From the human T2T-CHM13v2.0 reference genome, Homo sapiens: a stretch of 64,000 bases of DNA. Each line of letters opens with the position of its first letter. Positions within the stretch are counted from its first letter, which is position 1. Shown here piece by piece: positions 54,064 through 64,000 of the stretch. Made by a program: the position numbers and the translations under genes. The notes beneath the pieces were generated by a model that saw only the letters and a list, made by a program, of their open reading frames with translations, was not told the DNA's origin and ran no database searches. The stretch covers positions 4,896,001 through 4,960,000 of the forward strand of contig CP086569.2 of NCBI GenBank assembly GCA_009914755.4, read 5' to 3'.

Positions 54064-57000
54064 GGAACAACACTTTCAGAAGTTTATTTTGGCAGGGATT
54101 CCAGTAAAAAATCTGTCTCTAATATGTTTCACTGTATTTCTAACCATTGCTACTAAAAATACACCAACGATGGTGTGCTGCAGCCAACAAGTACCCGCTT
54201 GTGAGAGCCAATTGTGCATCTCTTTCCAATTCTATCTAGTGATATCATGTTGTTAGCTTGAAACAGGAAATAGTGGGAGTATTTATGCCGCATAAATTGG
54301 CAAATCCTACAACAGGGTGTTTTTCACCTCTTTTGAGAATTGGTCATTAAATTTTTGACCAATATACCACTGGATGGACACAACACTCTCTATGTTAGTG
54401 TCTACTGGTGATTTTTAAGCATGTAGGTTTTATTTCTCATCAGACCTTTCAAATTGGTAATAGACTCTCTATGAAAAATAGGAGTATTATCACTGTGGCT
54501 TTAATATAAAAGGGAAATGATAATCTACCAAACGCAAAATTATAGTTTGATCCTCCAAGGATTTAAAGACCTTCCAAAATATAATCTTTGGAAAGTACCA
54601 TCTATTTCTTGGAGCAAATTAACTAAAAACTAAAAACATGTGTTGTTTGTTTTACATTGATATTGGCACTGTTGTAAATTCTTTTTGTTTTTTGCTCCAC
54701 ATAGTGTGTGTTGGCTGATCCAAAAATAAAAAAAGCAAGACAGGGGTGCCAAGGAAAATAGTACTATTTTTTTTTTTATCTGAGAAGATCAAATGAGCAA
54801 CATAAATGCCTAAAAAATTACTAGAAAGACAATGCAAATACTTTATTAAACTGAGTAAAATAGCACCATATTTATAGATGATCCACATTATAGTCAATTT
54901 TAGCAAAACATATCCTTCATTACTATTAGAAATACAAAAACTTTTACAAAAATCTTGACTCAAGGCTCTTCTCAAATATAGTTGTCTCCAACATACTTTC
55001 CCATGGGATTAAGTGGTGTTACCTTTGTATTTAAAACATTGTATAATCTGTATAGATTTCCCTTTGAGCTCACAAAATTCAATTAAGAAAAAACATTAAC
55101 AAAGGGGAAACCAAATATCCACCTATGCATACACATGCTTACATGAAAAAATAAAATCTAAAATACAAAAGGGGCAAAGAGCAATGGTTTATTTTCTCTT
55201 CTTTAGGATATATCTTGAGAGGAGTAAGATATTTTTGTAATAATACCGTACATTTTAATGGTGTTTAAACACACACTATCTCCTTTGCATAATATATTAA
55301 TGTGAAGTATAAAGATTTAGAAAATATACACAATTGATTATCGTATTAATACTGTATCATTTATATTTGGCAATAATTTATATTTCACATTTCTCCATTT
55401 ATATTATTTGAAATGTAAATATTTTTGTTCCCTGTTTTCTATGGGTGTAACCAGTAAAAACTAGGGTTCTACTGCAGTGATTCTTTTTATGCCTTGATAG
55501 ACCTTGTTTTATAGGGAGGAACTGAGTCAGGAGCAGTGAAATTGATAGAGCCTCCAGCTCTTTTTGCCAATCAAAACATTTAAGATGATTCTGTTATTTA
55601 TGTACTTTAGCTTTGAGCCTTTGCTTAGCTATATTTAAACTTTAGGATGTGATGCTATTGGGCTATTTATTGAAAGCTGACATATGGCACAGTGAAACCT
55701 AAACAGAAAATATTTATGGCTTAAATTTCCAGGTTAGGTATAGAAAGGTGAACAGCATTTTCTACTTTTTGTTGTTGTTGTTTCTAAGAAGTCAGAGTAA
55801 ATAGTTTCCCCATCTTCTCATCTTTCAGTCAGAAATTTGAAATCCATTGTGGAAGGAATACAGAGGCATATTTTTGGAAGTCTAATTTAGGAACATGCAC
55901 ACAATGTATTTTCCAGCAGTGAGAAGGTTTTAGCACCCCAGAAAAAAAGCAAGCCTTATCCAGCTCAATGAATTGTCAAAATCAAAGTAGCTATATGCAC
56001 AGGAGCCACTTTGGATTACCCATTCCTTTTATGGATGAGCTTTAAGTGCACAATGGAAAGCTGCCTGGGAGGGAAAAGAATATTTGCATTCTGATGTCTG
56101 GGAGGTAAAATAATACTTGCTGATGACTTTTTTCAGGTCAGGCTAAAGTAATGACATTTGTATCAGCATTAGAAGTAGAAGTACTTAGTAATATACCATG
56201 TTTGTGGATGCCTTAAAATGAAGGAATTTCATGGTTTAGAAGAAATGACCAGTAGTCTAACTTACTGAGGTTTGGAGAAGACATGATCTTCCAGGAACAC
56301 ATCATTTCAAAATACAAATAATTCTTGATTACCTATTGATATAAAGCTTTTCTTTTGAAAAAAAAAAAACCGACTTTCTCTCTCTTCCTCAACATTTATC
56401 TTCTCAGTTTGGTTATGTTCAAAGTGTCCCTTCTCTCAAATACTCATTATTTAAAACTTTGAGACGAAAGAACTTCCATTTTGTAAGATATGGCTCAAAG
56501 TAAATGAAACAAAAAAGCTTTTATTTAAAGAATAAGCTATCTAGTTTCAATGAGTAAATGCAAGGCACCTAACATTGATAAGCCAGATAACGAATTACCA
56601 AACAATTCAAAACTTAGTTATATTAATTACTGAAAAAGAATATACTTCGTTCTTTTTACATAGCTACTTATCAAAAGAAGCTAAATGTGGCAAAAAGTCT
56701 GAATTTTAATAAATGATTTAGAGGAAAGTAACACTCTTTGGTTGAAAGTGCTACGTGTTAAATGTCTATTAGAAAAATAAATTCATTCTGTGGCATAGGT
56801 AGCTCATGATTTCTCATCAAATACAGTTGTTGATGAAAAGACTTAAACTCCGTATTTGAAGAGATTTATTCTGAGCCAAATATGAGTGACCATGGCCCGT
56901 GACACAGCCCTCAGGAGGTCCTGAGAACATGTGCCCCAGGTGGATGGGGCACAGCTTCGTTTTATATATTTTAGGAAGACATAAGACATCAATCAAATAC

Positions 57001-57888
57001 ATTTAAGAAATACATTTGTTTGGTTCAGAAAGGTGGGAAAACTCTAAATGAAGGCTTCCAGGCTAATGGTAAATTTAAACATTTTCTGGTTGACAATTGG
57101 TTGAGTTTATCTGAAGACCTGGGATCAATAGAAAGGAAATGTTTAGGTTAGGATAAAGGATTGTGGAGACCACGTTTTACAGTGCAGAGGAAGCTCTCAG
57201 ATAGCCAACTTCAGAGAGAGCAGGTTGTAAAATGTTTCTTATTGGACCTAAAAGGTTGCCTATCTCTTAGCTGATTATCTCCTGGATCTGGAAAGGAAGG
57301 AAGGAAAGCAAAGGGGAAAGGGGATTCTCTGTAGAATGTGGATTTTTCCCACAAGAGACATTGCAGGATAATTTCAAGGTATGCAAGGAAATATATTTTG
57401 GGGTAAAACATTTTGTTTTTTTCTCTTGTTATGCTTGTTATGCCAGAGTCAGATTGGAAAGTAAGTCAGTCATGATATACAAGGTTAAAGGTTAACTAAA
57501 ACCCATCTGATAAGAATTTATGGTTTGTAGGGCATGACTCCCCTGACCCCTTAGAAGGAAATTTGGGCAATATAAAAAAAAATCACAGCTTAGTCCTCAC
57601 AGTTTTAGAGGATCTCCTGTGGAACTTAAGGAGAGTCACATCCTTTCTTGAAAAATTAATTGGAATTTTAATTTTAGTAAGATTGAATTTAGCCTTTGAA
57701 AGATTAAAATTGTATTTATGGATAGAAAAAAATAGTATCTGTAGATAAACAGGTATTTTAATTAAAAATAAATATTCTGTAAATATTTTATACTAAGGTA
57801 ATTCTCCCTTGTCTAGTTAGTATATTTTTATACTTTATTATTACAAAATTAAGTTTTTCTTAGCACCAATGATTGTCAGCGTTGTTTT

Positions 57889-58183
57889 TTGTTTGTTTGT
57901 TTTTTCTTGACATGGAGTCTCGCTTTGCTGTCCAGTCTGGAGTGCAGTGGCACAATCTCTGCTCACTGCAGCCTCTGCCTCTCAGTGATTCTCCTGCCTC
58001 AGCCTCCCGAGTAGCTGGGGTTACAGGCACCCACCACAATGCTGGGCTAATTTTTTGTATTTTTAGCAGAGACGGGGTTTCGCCACGTTGGGCAGGCTGG
58101 TCTCGAACTCCTGACCTCAGGTGATCTGCCTGCCTCGGGCTCCCAAGGTGCTGGGATTACAGGCATGAGCCACCAGGCCCAGC
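57889..58183 (-). mobile_element. Alu SINE (antisense); TSD about 14-15 bp, 'tgtcag(c)gt(t)gtttt'
   Basis: Tail 'ttgtttgtttgttttttcttga', then 'catggagtctcgctttgctgtccagtctggagtgcagtggcacaatc...gattacaggcatgagccaccaggcccagc'. Flanks at 57874-57888 and 58184-58197. Confidence 0.9.
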
Positions 58184-61100
58184 TGTCAGTGTGTTTTAAT
58201 TTCCAAATGTAACAAAATATTTGGCTTAAAAATAGAGGTATTATTGACATATACATACCAATATTTTGGTGACCCTGAAACCCACATTGATTCATTTTCT
58301 GCTTTCGGTTAGCGGTACAAGCTTGTATTACATGAAAATAAAATTACCTTTACTTCTTAGAAAAGCTGGCATTCATACTTCAAGAAAAATATTTTCAGAA
58401 GATAAGTTAGGTATTGATGTAAATTGAAGGTTTTTTGTTGTATTTCATATCATCTTATTGGTATGAATATAAAGGATAGTAGAATGATTTTCCATCATGA
58501 AATTCATAATTTACTGGAAGCATGTTTTGATGCTGTCCATTTATTTAGTATTCACTAAAGATTGCAGTATATGTACAGTACACTTTTTAAGAGTATGGAT
58601 TCTGGAGCTAGACCGTCTGGGTTCAAAGTCTTACACTTTGACACTCTCTAACTGTGTGACCTTGGACAAGTTAACTAATCATTCTGTGCCTGTTTCTGTA
58701 TCTTCTAAAATGGAGACATTCATCATGAGCTTTTCATATAAGATAGTTAACCTAAGTACCAGCAAAGTAGGTTGTAAACTCTTTAAGTGTAACATATACT
58801 TTGTGGCATACACACCTTTATATTCCGAGTACCTAGGATAGTTTCTAGCAGACAGAGTTAACGAATAATACATATTTTTAATAAAACTAAATGTTCCAAT
58901 GCATGTTGAAAATTGATTATAATTCCCTTGCAAGTTTTGGTTCTGATTGCACTGGAACCCCATGTAGCTCCAAGTTGGACAAAGTCAGCTGGTTTACATC
59001 TCAATGTAATAAATATTTGTTGAAAGAACTGTATGGCATGATGCCCCCTTTGTGTCTACTCACATTGACTTCAATAAATGATATTCTCTTTCTTGATACA
59101 AAAATCTACAAAAGTTTATTCATATAAATTTCTATACTATGAAAATTAGCATTCCACAAATTCTATAAACCAAATCATGAGTTACAGGATTGATAGATTG
59201 AGGGATAGAGGGATAGATGAACAAGTGCATCAAATGAAATATAGTTCGAAAGCACTATTACCCATTCAATTCCAAGCACTAAACCATTAAGAAACTTCTT
59301 GCGGTTCTCTTCCTTTCCTTAGTCGGCATATGATAAATCTTTTTGTCCTAATGTCTCTTTCATGTTTAATTTCCCAGTGTTGGTTTACAAGTGTTACTCT
59401 TTCTCTTCACTATTGGAAATTGGATGATTCAATTTATTTTTAAACTTTTAATGTTAAAAGGCATTGGCACTTCAAAAGAGAAAATGTATCTCCTAGGTTT
59501 GTGATATGAGCAGTGATATAGCAATGATTTCAAATACAGCATGCTTTAAATTCCAAGCTGGTGGAAATGTACCTGTATATTAATTAGGTGTTTACTATTT
59601 ATGGCCAGAAACAAAATATCATGAATTGTTGAGATACATGTACATGGAGAGATTATATTCTTATTTCTACAGTACTAGTAACAATATAGTGAAAAATATA
59701 CAAAACTACATTCCTTTATCTTTGTACATGGGAAGATTTGAGAGTGCATAGAGTTTCATCACTAAGATTGTATGATATTAGTCTCAATATATCTTCAAAG
59801 AATCAAATGGGTGTGAAGTATATTAAAATTTGGTAAAGTGTTAGTGAGAGCCTGGGTAAATAACTCTAGGCATTCAGGTTAATAATAAAAAGAAAATTTT
59901 TGATAGTTTTAATGGTTGTACAACTGTCTGAATATACTGCAAACTAATGAATTTCATGTTTTAAAAGGTGGACAGTATGACACTTAAATTATATTTCAAT
60001 AAAGCTGGTAAAATGCTCATACAAATAGTTTTTGAAATGTAAATACCATTGTGAACACTTTCAACTCAGTTATCATACAGTATATTTTCTTTAGTCTCCA
60101 TCCAGTTCCAGCAAATGCTACTACATGCACACTGAGAAGTAACAAAAAGGTAAAACTCTGTTTTCATTATTCTCCCTAATTTGCTCCTCAAATCATTCTT
60201 ATCCCCATAGCAACTCAGAGGAGTTGGAATGAATGTCCCATCCCCATTTCTTCTGCTTTAGTAAACTTGAATATTTAACTAGTATGATCTGACCCTTGGT
60301 TTGAAATTTAGATGCCTTATGACTACAGAAACTATAATAGGCACAATATTTGTCAAAAATGTTGAATACTGCAGGAAAAACAAATGCAATCCCAATAAAG
60401 TCCAGTTTTAAAATTAGCTTTACATGTAAGTGAGTTTTGTGGGAATGGGATCAGAATGGGTGATACTAAGTCATTAAAGTGCTTTGTTTTACAAAGAATG
60501 GATAAAGTTGTGCTGATTTTCAAGTCTGCATTGATTGACTTGCTCTTTTAATGCATTATAAATCACAGAGAAATAAAAATCATGGTGAAGAAAATTATTT
60601 AAAAATACCATAATAATAAGTATTGTCCAGTTATAATTATCTAATTCATTTTCTCTCTCTTTCTCTGTCTCTCAACTTACTTCTGCATTTATACTAAGAG
60701 AAGATACACAGAATAGACACTAACCTTGCAGACACAAACATTCTATAACATCCTAATTAATCTGGTAGGTGGGATTAATTTTTTTCTTTCCAAACCACAA
60801 GAAGCATTATATGTTAACATCATCAATTTTCAGATATATTCTATATACTTGTAATATAGTTGAACTTCATCATATGCATAATTTTTATTCTCTGAAAATA
60901 TAGCACTTTCCCTAGAATTCTTAGCATTTTCCTCTCTAATAAGGTTTCTTGAAGTAGACACTATCAAAACTTTATGAAGTAAGAAAATTGTATTATTTAC
61001 TATTGACTTCTTGTTTGAATTAAAGTCAAAAAATAAATTTCAAAATAAAGTCATTACATTTTTGTTGCTGGAAATTAGAAGCAGAAATATTTCCTCAGTA

Positions 61101-61567
61101 CGAAAAAAGATCTCTGCATATTTAGTTATTTAATAAATGTTCATTGAATGTAAAACACATCTTTTATTCACAGTTCTTATTTCATGTATTCTAATGTTAA
61201 TTATTAGTACTATTCATGTATTTACATATTTAAGTTATCATATAAATTTAGAAACTTATTAGAAACAATTTTATTACATTTCAGGTGTTTCTCCAATTGC
61301 CTGTGTGCTTTATTGCACTAGCAGAAGACAATTTTTATTTTACTGGCATACGAATACAGGCTTTACGTGTATCCTGAGGCACAGGGTCCCAAACTGCATT
61401 AGTTCAACAGACAGCAGCATGATAATAAACCCCAGGGTGTCAACCTATTAGTTTTAAAAATAGCTATAAAATTGACTTTAAATCTGATTTGTAATATTTT
61501 GCAGTCTTCATAGTAGTAATTCATAACTACCTATCTATACTTTCTTTAATTATTTAAAAATTCATAA

Positions 61568-61988
<421 letters not shown>

Positions 61989-62657
61989 AAGTCTGGTATT
62001 TTTTAAATGTCAGGCTGAGTGTTGTCATCTGCTCTTGACATGTCATTTAATTTTCAACATGGTTGTTCTCAGAACTGTTATCCCCATTTTTCAAATGAGG
62101 AAATGAAGGCTAAGAAATAATAATAAACGTGGCCAAGATCACAGAACTCATGCTTAGTAGAACCTCAGCCCATGCTCATGTATTCCTGATTCCATTTCAC
62201 AATCATTTAACTGAAGATACTAACATTTCAACACCCAACATTGCCATGGGGATAATCTGAAGTGTGCCAAGAGCTTATATAAATGCCTCATTAATTGCTA
62301 AATCACTTACAAATTGTAAATTTGGCTTAAGTTTATCTCTTTATGTCTACTTGGGACCTAGAAGCAAAGCAGGGTAAATTTAGCAAGGAATGGACAAGAT
62401 CAATGTTCTTGTCATTTCCCAATTGTGTAACCTTTTTAAAATCACTTTACTTATTTAAGTTGACCATGGAAATGATATATTTCCAACTCACAGTTTTGTC
62501 AGAATCCAACAAGATATTTTATGTGAAAATTTTTACTTCATTGGTCAAAACCTGATAAATAAGAAATTTTTACAGGATTCCATGTTTAATAGAGTCATTG
62601 CTTCTTCACCAGAAGTTCAAGGAAGAACTTCTTGGAATTAAAAAGTAACCACAGTGT

Positions 62658-63003
<346 letters not shown>

Positions 63004-63682
63004 TTAATTTAGCCTTTGAAACTGAAAACACATGTGACAATCGTTGAAGGAAACCAGTTGCTCAAAAGAAGTTATAAAACTATAAATATATACTTTAGAG
63101 AAAAGGAGTTTGCTGTTCAATGAATATGGAATACCCATTATGTGGATATCTAGAGTACCTGGTACCCTAATGCCTGAACTTCCTATTCCAGGAAAGGCAG
63201 AGTGGAATTCTTAAAATACTCTTCACTTTAACTTCTCCTAAAGGAAAGTAGACATGAAGAGCAAGTAGGCATACTGGGATATGTGGCCATGAGATGTCCT
63301 GGATAATGTGCCTGAATAAAATTTGAACTGAGTTCCTTTATTTTACTTTCCTTTATACTGCTACTTGATACATAGTAGTTTACAGGTTGCAGGATTATTT
63401 CATTACTATGTTTCTCTTAGAAAAAGAGCAATTTAAGAACCATCCAATGGCATTCGATTTATAATTGTATTAATAAACAGAAAGTCACTATTGAAACAAA
63501 CCAGACACTGGGCAAAGTTGCCTGTAGGAGAAACCTGGAATGAAAGAGAGACTATGAATCTTCTTTTAAAGCTCATATATGCTACTTGAAATACTAGCAA
63601 ATATCATATTTCGTTGCTATATATATTCATATGACATGTGTTTGGGGCTTTACATAAGAGCCATATTAGATTTATTTACTTA

Positions 63683-64000
63683 TTTTTTTTAACTTTTAAA
63701 TTCAGGGTACATGTGCAGGTTTGTAACATAGGTAAACTTATGTCATAGGGGTTTGTTGTACAGATTATTTCATCACCCAGATAGTAAGCCTAGTAGCCAT
63801 TTCTCTGGATCCTTTCCCTCCTCCCACCCTTCACCGTCTGATAGGCCCCAGTGTGTGTTGTCCCCGCTATGTGTCAGTGTGTTCTCATCATTTAGCTCCC
63901 AATTATAAGCCAGACCATGCAGTATTTGGTTTTCTGTTCGTTTGTTAGTTTGCTAAGGATAATGACTTCCAGTTCCCTCCATGTCCCTGCAAAGGACATG
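63683..64000 (-). mobile_element. L1PA-type 3' end (antisense), cut off by the window edge
   Basis: 'ttttttttaacttttaaattcagggtacatgtgcaggtttgtaacataggtaaacttatgtcataggggtttgttgtacagattatttcatcacccagatagtaagcc...cccagtgtgtgttgtccccgctatgtgtcagtgtgttctcatcatttagctcccaattataagccagaccatgcagtatttggttttctgttcgtttgttagtttgctaaggataatgacttccagttccctccatgtccctgcaaaggacatg' is the antisense strand of the L1 3' UTR and ORF2 end. Confidence 0.85.

Overview
This window is eukaryotic, not prokaryotic. It is primate DNA, almost certainly human: an AT-rich, CpG-poor stretch in which I estimate about 60% is interspersed repeats. By eye I recognise 16 Alu SINEs (12 on the minus strand, 4 on the plus strand) and at least nine LINE-1 segments. 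Those include a full-length but inactivated L1PA copy (27868-34325, +), a 5'-truncated young L1PA with a perfect 17-bp target-site duplication (20994-23172, +), and two large old L1 copies (8514-16842 and 38440-48890, both -) with L1PB/L1MA-type 3' UTRs and long 5' UTRs. There is also a THE1/MaLR LTR element with both LTRs (44398-47115, +), a Tigger1 (pogo-family) DNA transposon with decayed transposase ORFs (about 20818-25090, -), a Tigger-derived MITE, and a few short CA/TG microsatellites. There are two clear nested-insertion stacks: L1PA inside Tigger1, and L1PA inside THE1 inside the 5' UTR of an old L1. I find no credible cellular protein-coding exon, tRNA, rRNA, CRISPR array, operon or CpG island. 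Every long ORF in the six-frame track is an L1 ORF1/ORF2 remnant, a Tigger transposase remnant or an Alu-derived artefact. I see no new biological system here; the window looks like ordinary repeat-rich intronic or intergenic human sequence. Coordinates are hand-counted and should be read as about +/-10 bp.
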